In this document: positions 37,001 through 52,000 of the stretch, in pieces
How positions within the stretch are numbered: position 1 is the first letter of the stretch
Layout: every line of letters begins with the position of its first letter
Assembly (NCBI GenBank): GCA_002633005.1
Contig: NMRA01000206.1
Coordinates: 269,250 to 333,249 of the forward strand
DNA length: 64,000 bases
Direction of reading: 5' to 3'
Source: Phoronis australis
Taxonomy: Eukaryota; Animalia; Phoronida
Program-made: the position numbers and the translations under genes
Notes under the pieces: generated by a model
Told to the model about the DNA's origin: nothing
Databases searched by the model: none
The model's input: the letters and a program-made list of their open reading frames with translations, nothing else

Positions 37001-40000
37001 TTTTGTACTCTTTCTTCAGTTGTACGGGTGAGTTTTAAAATTCTACAACTCAGCAGAGAGCAGAAAAAATCCAGCAGCCACACTCATACCCAGCTAATAA
37101 ACTTTGAGTTACAATAGATTCAGGTGTAGCACCTGATTTAGAGTTTCACTGTATACCACGACCAACACTTTTGACCTCCAGTCTGCCTGCAGTGTTCGAG
37201 ACCAGCCACAAATTGGTACATGGTAGTGTTAACACACTAGCAAAAATTGATAGAGGTATGACCACAGAAATTATGAGTCTGTTCATGGAGTTGATTCTAA
37301 ACCCTGAATTTTCTTGCATGAAGACTTCACAAATAATAACTAACGCAAATATCACAGCCTTGTTCAAAATGTCACACCCTCGTATGACAACATTCAACTT
37401 AGCCTGTGTCAAAGCAAATATGAAGGGCTCATACCTGCCCTTATTGCACACGAGAATAGCAGACAGCTTGTTAAAATAGATTTCTAATTAAAGTCTTATG
37501 ATTGGTAAACTGGAAACCACATTACAACTAAAAGCTCATTTTAAAAAATAACATAAATTACAAAGTGACATGACCGTAAATGGAACAGATTTTCTCACCA
37601 CACATGGCGACATCCTCGTCCGATCCATCACCGCAGTCATCAAAAAAATCGCACATCCAACTCTTAGATATACACTTGTTGTTGGCACATGTGAAGTCTC
37701 CAGTGGGGTGACATGCTGGGCAGTTGGCGGGCAGTTCGTCCGAGTTGTCACGGCAATTGTCGACACCATTGCACAATGTATAGGATGGGACGCAGACATA
37801 GTTGGTGGCACAGTTGAACCAGCCAGCTGGGCACTCAGTTTCAACTAGAAATAATAACATTCTTTATCGTAATCTATTTTGCCCGGGGTACACCACGAGC
37901 TATGTTGCAGAGTAAAACAAGAGGAGGATTGCGAATATTGTCATTTATTATGATGTAAATAGATAAAACTAACTAAGACTCTGCAAGATGGGCATGGACA
38001 AAACGCCATAATGGCAGCACGGGAATGCTGACATCGCCCAAATGCAGAGAACGAAGTACGTAGGTCTTGTAGACGACGAGGTAGGTGGCTGAATGAGAGA
38101 CCACATTGAACTGAACAAAGGAAATATGGGTGACCAATCAGGAGTCGCGTAGAGAAATGTATGAATACAAAAGTAGGCCATTGAGGCTATAAATAGAGAT
38201 GAGTAATGCAAAATAAACCCTAAGGACTGGTCTCAAAATAAAGAGACAAGTGTCAAAATAATGACGATAAATGCATTTAACAAGTTAAATTTAATTAATT
38301 ACGAGACGCATTACGATCCATTTCACACATTAGGCAGACAACAAGTTGGCTTTATTTGAAAACTATAATTGAAGCTTAAGTCAGAGCAACTTATTCAAAA
38401 TAGCATTATGCTTAATTTTGCCCATCTTACAGAGTCTATGTTTTGTACACCACATGTCATAACGATGGAATTTTTCAACCACTCACTTCTCATTTTACTC
38501 TGCAACACAGCCGAAACAGATTCCGATAAATAAAATTTGACTAATTAAAATGTCTCCCTAGGGATTTTTTTCCCTTTAAGGCATTTTCCGTTTCTACCCC
38601 TGGACTACTTGGATATTCCTATACCAACCATACCCCCTTATCTCAGTAGTCAGTTCCATTTCTTTGTTAAGATAGCATCCCTTACTAGAGTGTGCCCCAA
38701 CACTACACAACATGTTTTGCTTTCCTCCAATAATTTTCTGACCCCTCATCCCCGGGTTTTTTCTGTTAACTCTCTGCCATCGTTTGTCTCCATTAGGCCA
38801 TTCAGGCAATTTGCATTTCTTGTATTTTCTTTGTTATAACTGAGAATTGTGTCATTCTAGACTAGGCCACACACACATTTCCTCTTATGCCCGTATTTCA
38901 GAATCATCTTCCACTTTTTTATTTACGTTTTTGCACACACACCATGGTAAATTGAATTTTTGACCACCCACCTACTCTTGAAAATTGAGCGTTCCTTAGC
39001 TTATTGCTCAACATGGGGCTGAGCAGATTATTACATAATCCTCGCCAATTGTTTTGCATATCCAGACCCGTGGTGGAACTATCACCCTCAGTGCTAGGCG
39101 ACCTCATATGATAATTCTTACAAATCCCTACATAAGGGAAATAATTGCCAAGAATGCGAAATAATCTAAAGTTATACAAGTCAACAAATGTGGATAAATC
39201 GCAAGACAACATAACATTGAATAACAATTTACTCGCCAGGTGGAGTGACCTTAATATTGATCCATAAACAGCAACATACCACATCCCTCCTCGTCTGAGC
39301 CGTCGCCGCAGTCGTCATCAGCATCACACTGCCATCTTTTAGGAATACACCGTTTGTTCGTACACGTGAACTGGTCAGCAGAACAGGTACGCGTTGCTGA
39401 AAGACATAACATCAATTATGTTTTTAATAAATCATTGTGCAGAAAAATTGTTCCCATCATGAAAATGAAAAATGTTTCGTCACTTCTCAACTGATATTCC
39501 TCAAGCTGCACAATGTCACTTTGAACTCAAAAGTCCGCCATGACGGATCATTTAATGGAGAGCTAATAATTAAAGCTACTCACTTTTCCTACTGATAAGA
39601 TATAATCAATTGTGAACAAATCTACTGATACCTTTAAATTGATGCATTGCATGATAAATGCAGATGACTGCTACGCTGTAACTAAGTCACCTGCCACACA
39701 ACTACATGTGTTCAAAAGGCACAATGCAATGCACAATGCAATGAATCAAACTTCATGCTCCCGTGCCCAGTTTTTGTGCATTTAGGGAGCATGAATTAAT
39801 TTTTTAAGGTGTTCATGCTTGCAAAATGCACAACCACATTGTGGTATTATAATACTAGATTACAATCACATTGTGGTATTATAATACTAGATTACAACCA
39901 CATTGTGGTATTATAACACTAGATTACAACCACATTGTGGTATTATAATACTAGATTACAACCACATTGTGGTATTATAATACTAGATTACAACCATTAC

Positions 40001-43000
40001 AACACATCGTGACGCTTCACTTACACTTGGGTGTAGTTAGACAAACATCTACAAAACTATAGATTTTAACTCAGTAAATATATTTTCTGCAGAATTTGAA
40101 TTTTGACTTTTAATTAAAATTATCTGCTGTTAAATAGCAAACAAAACTTCAAGAAAGATAAATCTGCAAAACAATGGCTATAAATCATGATCAAATTATG
40201 TTCAATACAAATGCTCAAAATGAAATCTCAAAAACACAGTTACAATTTACTTAATTGCCATTTTGTTTTGTTTTACGCAACTTTTGTTTTTCACAAAAGT
40301 CATGAAATCCATTTTTAAAGCCCTTCATACAGAAGTGTAGAACTTGAAAAAACCCAAACAACATTTTGGAGAATAATGCATGAAGAAAGATATATGAAAG
40401 CTTCATAAAAATCCAATCAGCCATTTCGGAGATCGGTTTTCCGAAGTTTGCCAAATTTGGCCACTTTACAAGCTAGGTACTTACATAACCTTAAGCAGAA
40501 AAAAACTGTAAGCGGAAATGGCAGTCATGACATGGAAATGGTGATACATGACCAGTTCTCGACCTACCACAGTGCTCTACTGCCTCATCAGAACCATCAT
40601 CACAGTCTTCATCTTCATCACACTGCCAGCCGGATGGTATACACTGACCACTGCTGCATCTGAACTGGAAGTCCTCGCACTGTCGACTGTCACAGTTGCG
40701 CTCATCCGAGTTGTCACCGCACTGGTCGATACCATCACAGATCGACCAGGAATACGTGCAGTTGAGATTGTCACATGTAAACTGACCTCGCTGACAAGTG
40801 GACGCCGCTGAAATAAACACCATTGCCATTATTAGTACTTTGATTATTTTAAGCAAATACTGTATGCAATGCATTGAGTGACTCTGCCAAGATGATTAAT
40901 GAACATCTTCATTAAAATACCATGCATGGCTATTGTTTTCCAAGTTTTTGAGACGGGGGAAACAACGCCATAACTCCTTTTGTTGTAACAAGTAGAATGT
41001 AAAAGAAAGGACACCATTGTCATAGTTTTACAAAACATGCCACCTTTACAGCCAGCCCTGGCACTGCACAATAAGTTACTACCACGGTGTGTTATTATGT
41101 CTCATGATATTATTCGTCATCTATCAAGACCAAGATGGCAACTTTTGAAGCATGAAAAGAACTCGTAAACAATATGTTGTGTACTTCATTTGCACTCTGC
41201 TTGCGTGTGCCAGAAGACATCCATTATGTTTTGCATTTGACAACTGTGAATCCCTAGAGAAGCAAGATATTGAATCGCGAGTGTGTTCTACATTGACGTA
41301 ATGCTTTGTCATCAACATCCAAATTGTGAAATGGCATAAAATAAAGTCACATAAAATAAGTAGAAAAACGTCACAGTACTAAGCCATAATGAGCATCCAG
41401 AAGTGGTCAAGTGGCAATTCAGCTAAAACCGCCATTCTCTTGAAAAGTTTAAACTGCCATGAGCTCACCTCCGATATCAAAAAATTCAGTTTTGATTTAC
41501 AAGACTCATTTGGTTTCAATTCATCCCATTCTCACGCTAGGTGACAAGAGATTTCTAGGCTTGGAAAGTTTTTTCCAAGCCTAGAATTCATTCCTTGTCT
41601 AAGTAAAGAACAAGTTAAAACATTTTAAAACCCTAAGAGGCCCAATCAAAAAGTTGTTTTGCGACAGGCTTAATTTACTATAACATTTCAACACATCACA
41701 ATGATTTCTGTGTTTTACATACGACAGTCGTCAGGTTCATCAGAGCCATCTTTACAGTCCTCCTCTCCATCACATNTACTAGATTACAACCACATTGTGG
41801 TATTATAATACTAGATTACAACCACATTGTGGTATTATAATACTAGATTACAACCACATTGTGGTATTATAATACTAGATTACAACCATTACAACACATC
41901 GTGACGCTTCATTTTCACTAGTTGTAGTTAGACAAACATCTACAAAACTATAGATTTTAACTCAGTAAATATATTTTCTGTAGAATTTGAATTTTGACTT
42001 TTAATTAAAATTATCTGCTGTTAAATAGCAAACAAAACTTCAAGAAAGGTAAATCTGCAAAACAATGGCTATAAATCATGATCAAATTATGTTCAATACA
42101 AATGCTCAAAATGAAATCTCAAAAACACAGTTACAATTTACTTAATTGCCATTTTGTTTTGTTTTACGCAACTTTTTATTGTTTTTCACAAAAGTCATGA
42201 AATCCATTTTGATAGCCCTTCATACAGAAGTGTACAACTTGAAAAAAATCCAAACATCATTTTGGAGAATAGTGCATGAAGAAAGATATTTCATGAAAGC
42301 TTCATAAAAATCCAATCAGCCATTTCGGAGATCGGTTTTCCGAAGTTTGCCAAATTTGGCCACTTTACAAGCTAGGTACTACATAACTTTAGCAGAAAAA
42401 ACTGTAAGCGGAAATGGCAGTCATGACATGGAAATGGTGATACATGACCAGTTCTCCACCCACCACAGTGCTCTACTGCCTCATCAGAACCATCATCACA
42501 GTCTTCATCTTCATCGCACTGCCAGCCGGATGGTATACACTGACCACTGCTGCATCTGAACTGGAAGTCCTCGCACTGTCGACTGTCACAGTTGCGCTCA
42601 TCAGAGTTGTCACCGCACTGGTCGATACCATCACAGATCGACCAGGAATACGTGCAGTTGAGATTGTCACATGTAAACTGACCTCGCTGACACGTGGACG
42701 CCGCTGAAATAAACACCGTTGTCATTATTAGTACTTTGATTATTTTAACCAAATACTGTATGCAATGCATTGAGTGACTCTGCCAAGATGATTAATGAAC
42801 ATCTTCATTAAAATACCATGCATGGCTATTGTTTTCCAAGTTTTTGAGACGGGGGAAACAACGCCATAACTCCTTTTGTTGTAACAAGTAGAATGTAAAA
42901 GAAAGGACACCATTGTCATAGTTTTACAAAACATGCCACCTTTACAGCCAGCCCTGGCACTGCACAATAAGTTACTACCACGGTGTGTTATTATGTCTCA

Positions 43001-46000
43001 TGATATTATTCGTCATCTATCAAGACCAAGATGGCAACTTTTGAAGCATGAAAAGAACTCGTAAACAATATGTTGTGTACTTCATTTGCACTCTGCTTGC
43101 GTGTGCCAGAAGACATCCATTATGTTTTGCATTTGACAACTGTGAATCCCTAGAGAAGCAAGATATTGAATCGCGGGTGTGTTCTACATTGACGTAATGC
43201 TTTGTCATCAACATCCAAATTGTGAAATGGCATAAAATAAAGTCACATAAAATAAGTAGAAAAACGTCACAGTACTAAGCCATAATGAGCATCCAGAAGT
43301 GGTCAAGTGGCAATTCAGCTAAAACCGCCATTCTCTTGAAAAGTTTAAACTGCCATGAGCTCACCTCCGATATCAAAAAATTCAGTTTTGATTTACAAGA
43401 CTCATTTGGTTTCAATTCATCCCATTCTCACGCTAGGTGACAAGAGATTTCTAGGCTTGGAAAGTTTTTTCCAAGCCTAGAATTCATTCCTTGTCTAAGT
43501 AAAGAACAAGTTAAAACATTTTAAAACCCTAAGAGGCCCAATCAAAAAGTTGTTTTGCGACAGGCTTAATTTACTATAACATTTCAACACATCACAATGA
43601 TTTCTGTGTTTTACATACGACAGTCGTCAGGTTCATCAGAGCCATCTTTACAGTCCTCCTCTCCATCACATTTCCACAACAGAGGGATACACCGATCGTC
43701 GGTAACGCCGCAGCGGAACTGGAGAGAGGTACAGTTGGCAAAACACGTCCGACTGTCGGGTCCCAGGACAAAGTAGTCTGGGCACATGCATGAGTAGCTA
43801 GCGCCACCTGGTGCGATGAGGCAGAGATGGGAACATCCACCATTGTTGTCCCCGCATGGATTTTTAGCTGAAAATGAGCAAAAAGCTATGATAATTGTTT
43901 TCGGTGATTGGAGCCAGAGTTAGTCCGTGAAGACCACCATCTGGCGGAGTTTATAACCGTAAAATCTCACCAATTTCATACAAAAATTATTTACAAAATT
44001 ACCACTTTCATTTTTCAAGATCTTCACATATTATTGTTAATGTTCACAATTTTCAAAAATATTTTCTAATGGTAGTCAAGGTACAGAGCTTGAACATGGT
44101 AAAGCAATTGAATTCACACTGTTGAGACAGGCCATTCTCTCCCTCCCGTTTCAATTCACAGTCCTGAGACAGGCCATTCTCTCCCTCCCATTTCAATTCA
44201 CACTGTTGAGACAGGCCATTCCTCCCGTTTCAATTCACAAAAGGTACCTAATTTATCTACCTATTTACGAGACAAGACCACTGTTAACAAGAACATGTTT
44301 TATGCGGTTCATGAGGGGTAATATAATTGTGAAGCCCGACTGTTGCTGAAACGGAGGCTGATTGAACATAGTTACCAATTCCCAAGACAAGGTAAATGGT
44401 ATACACAGGGACTTAAAACTGAACAAAATGGAAAAGAAAAAAATATAACAGTAATTCCATTACTACTTTCCATTGGCTTGTTTCAGAAACTGACTGCAAT
44501 ACAACTCAGGTAGTAGCCTTAGCAACATGACTCGACAGCATTACACTTCTGATTTCCACTCACCCTGTGGCTGGGACAGAGGGTGCACCACAATCAGGTC
44601 TTGAGGACTGTGTACAGTGGTGACCAGCGTACTCCTGTTGGTGCCAGTGTATCGGTTGGCTCGTTCCACTGTGAGAGTGTCCCTGTCTGTCCAGTACATC
44701 CAATCACCAAACACGGCAATGCCAGACGGGAAGGGCACAGTCCCCGACATCACCACGTGGCGGTGTTGGCCTGAGAAGTCTACGTACCTGAGGGGTGTAA
44801 AACACAAGCATGGGTTGCATGTAGAATTTAGTAGGTGAACAGTAAACCCAAGATTTGTTCCCCACAAGACATGAGAAAACTATTTTCCGTAGTAGGCAGC
44901 CAAGTTGTATTCATTCCATGTAGAAACATTCACTGCAACTTCAGTTTTTCTGGGGTTAGATAGCAGTCGAGTGTCTGAGCAGGAGGTCCTGGATCCCAAG
45001 AGGATATTACCTATACGTCAAAGTGGACCCTGGAATTGATTCAACTACCTTTCTGAGCAAACTTGGTGTAACCCTATTTTGATACTTGAGCTCACGAGCT
45101 AAACAACGCTCGACTGTACAAATTTTATCCATGAATTCATGTTTTTTGCTTAAAAGCTGTACAAAGGAGAGTAAACAAGGGTGAGCAAGGTGTACAAATT
45201 CATGATTTTTCATGCGATGGGTACAAATCCCAACATTATTTTAGTCATCTCAGATGGATTTATTCTTTATTGACAGTGTGAGAAACCAAAAAATACTGCA
45301 ACACCAACTACATTTTCAAAAAGTACAGAAGAAACAGACACCAGAACAAACTATCCTCCCAATTCAAACAAGGGATTAAGAACTCAATGGCGTACGTTGG
45401 TTTGGAAGAGGAAAAATGTCAACCAAGAATGTAAAACTAGACAGCAGAGCATTGTTTACACCAGATGTGACAAAGACATTGACACCAAGTGTTGACATGT
45501 CCACTTGTTTAATCACTCACTCAATCATATTCAGATGACCGTCACACCACCAGATGTTCCCTGTTATGTAATCAATGGTCAGTGCAGTTGGCCAGCCAAG
45601 ACCAACCTCCACAAGCTTTGTGCGTGATGTCCCATCCATACCCATACGCCCTATGTATGGTGACAGGCCCCAGTCGGTCCAAAACACATACCTGAGGGGA
45701 CAAAGTTATGGTATAAGTGAATTGATTAAGATGGCGAGAAGGAAATTTCAAAAAAATGGTCAATCCTAAAAGATCATTTACTTCCAGAACAAGATTCAAC
45801 ATAGCCAAGAATGGCCGCTCGAAAATACGAGTAACCACATATTTGCCACTCGTATTCCCAGATTTGAACTTTCTTGTGAAAAGTGGCAACAAAAAATACC
45901 CAAATGTCGGTCCGGCACCTGCTCGACCAAAACAAGAGAGGTCAATTTTCTACTCAAATTTTACTTTTCCCACTTGTATGTTTGAACGTTTATGCCGAGC

Positions 46001-49000
46001 CCTGCATAAGATAAGTCTCACCTAATTGGACTTTTCTCAGATTAGAAAAAAAATCATGAACTGGCAGTTTGTAAATGTTGACGACTGAACTTGACAGTTT
46101 AAAATCCATAGGTTGACAATTAATGTGCAAAAGCAGACATGACTGTCAGCTAGTTGAGAATAGCCTGGTTCAAATCTGAAGCACTAGATGGAACCAGTTG
46201 TCATAAGAACACAGTGCTAGTATCATACCCCTTGAGTGGATGTACAACGACAGACTCTGGATTGGACATGTCCGTGCTTGCTAACGTCAGCACCTTGGTA
46301 CCGTTGAGTTCCGACACTAACATAGCCTTCAGTGAAAAGTCCACCCAATACAACTTCCTGTGTAACAGAGAGGACATGTGAGTGGAAGAGTAATAAATCT
46401 TCAAAGCAGATATCAACTCACAATCCATCAAAACAATTTTTAATTTAGATCACTTAGCATTTTGAAATTGGCCTCAAATTATTCTTTTGTAAAAATAACT
46501 GTGATGTCTTTCTTGGAAAGAACTGACAAATTGTTATTGCATGAGATCATATGCTCTACAAGTTGACTTGTGTCAACGTGCCGCCATTTTGTGCACTGCA
46601 TAAGCCTACAGTCATGTAGTCTCAAGGAATAACAAATTGTCAGTTCTTTGCAACTTCAAACATCATTTCTCATTCACGTCAGAAGCAAGTTGGGAACAAT
46701 TGAATAAAGTACCAAGTGGGCTAAATCATAAGGTAGTTTTTTTGACAGAATGCAAGTTAATACCAACCATAAACAAAAGGTGCAGCCAGATACCATGTCA
46801 TAAGTACAACACCAATGACAAAAAAAGAGGAAAAATTTCAAAGTGATGTATAGAAATATTTTTTGTCTAAGCTTGTAAAATTTAAGTGAAATAAATGGTT
46901 TTGCATGAATAAACTCAAAGTAAGGATGAAAAAGAGACGGAAAAAGAGAAAACTAGAAATCAAATAAAAGGAAATCAAAAACAAAAAATAGGAAATTCTC
47001 TTAAAATGCACAAGAAATGTTTGTTAGAAGAAAAGATATAAGGAAATTTGACTATCATGTTGTCAATCAGAGTTTAAGGACTAAAATGAAATGAGAGTAT
47101 GACATCGCTGAAAATGAATTTCATATAATTTGTGTGATCAACATCAAATTATGATTAATACATTTATACTCTGCGGATGAATCAATATAATGCAAATATA
47201 TTTATTTACTAAATGTACAATCCAAGCAAGACTGATCACAGCTAAATACACTATCCATAAAATTTCAACAATAATTGTAACCAACTCCAATACCTTCCAA
47301 TCCAGTCAACTGCGAGACCACGAGGAGCAGGGGCAATGTTCTTCACCAGTGTAGTTTTGTTAGTACCATTCCAGGCCATACGGCCAACATTAGATGCCCC
47401 TAAATCTGTATAATAGATCATCTTCTCGGCCATGTCTACATCAATAGCACCAACGAAGCCAAAACCCTGGGCCACGAGTGAGTACGAGTTTCCGTCCATC
47501 GTTAAGTTGCGAACGTAATATCGATTCCCAAACAATAGGTAAGGGTCGATGTCTGTGTAAACAGGATTAATATCGGGATTAATATAGGAATTAAAATGTT
47601 TGTCTTATCTGGGTAGAAAGAGATGGAACAAACGTGCATTTGTCATCGAATGACATACATCCAACTTAAAACTCTTTAGTGTTGTGCGAGCACAAAAAGC
47701 TCTAACATGATCCATTATCAAATCTTCATTCAACAAGGTGGGATGACTTGACAATGGCATAACGTATTACTTTCTTTCATCTAAAAATTTTGCGACACAT
47801 CTGGCTTTTGGCGTGAATCAATACACGATCCACTGAATAACAATCAGGGACATGACGGCATGCGGGATGAGTGAAAAGATAATATGGGGTAAAAATTGCA
47901 TATGGACAAGTAGGTTAGTGCAATATAAGTGCTACCTAACAACACAAGACTACATCCCACAAGAGCATTCACAGTCGAACCCACGAGAGCTATATTACAT
48001 ATTCCCAAGTTTCAGCTGTTCGTTAGACAAAGCCAAACTCAGTCCATGATGTCTCTAGTATTGTGCGTACTCACTGTCAACTTTTTTGCAGACTCGGTCA
48101 TCAGACGGTTCCTTCTGGTACCCCTCGCCACACTTACACGTGTAAGAGCCGAGGGTGTTGACACACAGCTGGCTACAGACACCGGCTATAGTTTGACACT
48201 CGTTCACATCTGCAATAAAATAAGACAAACTAGCAAAGACCGGCTATTATAGCTTAATGTTTGAAACTGAGCTGTTGTCAAGTTCCTTCAACAGTCCTGT
48301 TCTTCAGCAGTTTCACAAATGACATCATGCCAATAAACATTGATCACAGAATCTGGAAAACTAATTCACCGAATGCTCCATTACAGGACAGTCAGGGAAC
48401 TAAACATATAACTTGCCGTTCACAAGATCTCTCATTACTCACCTCGACAAGATTGCATGTCTGTCTGCAGCTGGAACCCAGGATGACAGTCGCATCTGTA
48501 ACTGGTCACCGTGTTGATGCAAATATGTTGGCAGTATGCAATATTAGTGGAATTGTCACATTCGTTTACATCTGGAATCGTAAAAACGATAAAATGAATA
48601 TTTATTTTAAAAATGACCTCTAATTGCATCAAGGGTATGAATCTCTAGGATGGGCTGAGTAATTATAATACCCCCACTCTCTATTATGAGCATCCCATTA
48701 TGTTCTTCCCAAGTTGCTTTGAGGTGGTGATGTAGTAACATCATTTCTAAAATCTAAAGAACTATTTACACCACCTTGTAGCCTATTTACATTCATTTGG
48801 CACGATGTTTCGGTCGGTCATTTCTCCTGCCATCTCCAGGTGTTACAACATTCTTAGAAGAACAGGNACTCAGTGGTGTATGGTACACTCAATGGTGTAT
48901 GGTACACTCAGTAGTGTATGGTACACTCCGTAGTGTATGGTACACTCAATGGTGTGTGGTATACTCAGTGGTGTATGGTACACTCAGTGGTGTAAGGTAC

Positions 49001-52000
49001 ACTCAGTGGTGTATGGTACACTCAAGGTGGTCAATGATGAGCACTATTTATGTCTTTGATTGCCAAAAGCTGGGCTCAAACTAAGAACCTTTAGATTATC
49101 AGTCCAGTACGCCAACCACTACACCAGCGGGTTGTCTAGAGGTAGGTGTAAATAGACCAATAGATTTTTAGAACTGATGTTCCATCATTGTGACTACATT
49201 CACAATATAAATTTGTCAAAAACAACTGAAGTGTTGAAATATGGAAAAGAGACGACAGCTGTGTCTCAATTGAACCGAGTTTAACATCTAAAAATGTGAG
49301 AGACAGTGATAGGAACACTTACTACAGTGCATCTCATCTGAGTTATCAGGACAGTCAGCCAACTTGTTACAGACGAGTTCGTAGCGAATACATGTACCAT
49401 CAGTGCAGCGGAACTGGTTCCCAGGACATGTAGGTGTGGCTGAAACTGATGATGAAAATCACATTACTGTTACAAGGTTTGACAACCCAATGCAATGAAT
49501 CATTAACAAAAACAGTACAATATACACATCAATGAAACAGAAACACTACGGTTTTATCCTCCGGATACATTTTTTCATTTTCCACATAGAGGCTGATTAC
49601 TAAATAATTAGAATGCTCATATCTCGTAAACCAACCTTGGGCGTAATACTATGTTTTTTCAACCAAACTTGAGCTTTTGTAAGAAAATCAGAATAATAAT
49701 TGTAACTATCGCTACAATTGTGAACACAATCATGGATGGAAAAACTGGCATAATCAAGTAAAAGCCCCAAACTACACAAGACATGATAGCATACTATACG
49801 GCACCTGCACTAAAGATGCAAGTTTCAAGTTGTCACTCTATTCAACACTAAACGACAAAAGCTGTGCAAACAAAACTCATCAATCTGGCCCAATGCAAAA
49901 AGTGTTGTTGTTTTAAGTTTTCCTTGGTAGAACAAACAAAACTGTCAAAAACCTGATGGTGAATAGTGTCCACACTTACAACAATCCGATGGTCGTTCAT
50001 CCGAGTTGTCCCAGCAGTCGTTCTGACCGTCACACTTGTAACTCTGTGGGATACAGCGCTTGTTGGAGCACGTGTACTCATCAGGGGCGCAAGTAGGGTA
50101 AGCTAGAAACAGTAGGAGCCAGAATACGAGTACTGAAGAACTGAGGCGTCATGATATGTGAGAGGGGAACGGAAGTCACCCACTCGACAAGAAATATGAA
50201 AGTTACTGATATTACTGCCAAACATTTCTTTGGGCAGAAAAAAGTGGTTTTTAAATTAATGAAGGTGAATAATTTAAAGCAGCACAAAATCCATGAAAGC
50301 GCTGCATCTTATTTTCAATAAAAGTATCTCAGGAATCACTACAGTAACAAGATCATTGCAAGCATTGTGCTGATGTTTAGAGATTTTTGTAAGAAATTTT
50401 GTACTTACTGATTAGTTTGTGTCCCAATTAAAAAAATAGATGGCTGTTTGTAGTATTTTATGTTGTTTGCAACTAACACAGGAAGGGCATAATTATGCAG
50501 ACTGTTAGAAATGGTACAAAAAGTAATTAATTAAAATATATGAATAACTTAATGAAATGATCCAGATAATACATTTGAACGTATACCGCTTACCGCAGTT
50601 TTGCCGTTCATCTGATCCATCACCGCAGTCATTCTCATGATCACATGTCCAGTATGAGGGTATACAGACACCGTTGTCACACTTGAACTGAGTCGATGTA
50701 CAATTGGACGGAGGACACGACTGTTCTTCGTCCTCCCCACCCATACAGTCTCGGTCGCCATCGCAGACAAACGCTCGCTGAATGCAGCCATAGTACCCAG
50801 CATTGATGTTTGATTGACACGTGAACTGGTCAGGACGACACGTTCTCAAGTCTGAAACATTCACGGAATCGTACACTAAGAACAATGAGCTCTGCTTGAG
50901 ACTCGCATAAATCAACAAATCATATCACGTGAAATTAGAGAGTCGACTTTGAGTGTACAAAACAACTGAATCTAAAGTAAAGTTTGATGTAGATAGTTTT
51001 CAAGTAAATTTATCTATTTTCACTTTAGAGCATAAGACACTTTAAAATCTTAAGATTTGTTGCCAAGTAACTGTGACTTCCAGTAATTTCTTCATTCTTA
51101 TATAGATTTTTATAAGATTGTTTACTTTCATCAAAACTCTTGTTTGATAAGATATTTCACAAGACAGATTCTTTTGACTGAAGTTGGATTTTAAACCATT
51201 AGAAATTAACGCCAAACATAGATGTTCTGGAAATACTTTAATTTTGGAGTCATTGTTATTTCCTAAAAAAAATCTTGTTAGGACTTGTTTACAATTTTGA
51301 AAGAAATAAATTTATTATAATCTTTTAAGTGCTTGAGAATGCAAAGTTTGTATCAAAAGGAGTTATTGTTAACATCAAAAAAGATGAAAGTATAATATAC
51401 GATAACACTGTCACATGACAGCCAATGACAGCCAATGACAGCCATAGAGCAGAGATGGCCTTTACTTACGACATTCGTGTCTCAGGTCTTCGTCCGAGTT
51501 GTCACCGCAGTCGTTACTGGTGTCACAAACCCATCTAGGGTTGATACATCGCCCGTTGTCACAAGTGAACTGGTTGCCATAGCACGTTGAACCGGGTTGA
51601 CCTGTCGAACAACGAATAGACCAAATAAGCTGCGAAAGATGAGTCCATAAATAATATAATAGGGAGCTGGAACTCACAAGATGGCGTTAGTGGAGCAATG
51701 GTCCTACACCTGAAAATGCATGGATTTGGATAGTCGCAAGTGAACAGATTTCTGTTCTAAATCTGAGACGACAAGAAGGCGATCCATTACAGCATGCCTA
51801 CTGAGTAATAAGTCGTTCAAGACACAATGATTTAAGAAACGGTCTTCACTCAGTGCAAAGGTTCAAAATGGTGAACTTAAAGTAATGAATTATTGACATA
51901 TCCACGTGCCAAAAATATACTAATGAGAAAGCGTTTCCATGAAGGGAAGTCATCTATAAAGAGGCACTTTCAACGCCGTTAAGATACATTCCAAAAATCT

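Larger units (their letters stand above)
39885..43671. repeat. About 1.9-kb near-identical tandem duplication joined at N (41776)
   Basis: 39885-41775 matches 41777-43671 with scattered SNPs and small indels. Confidence 0.92.
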
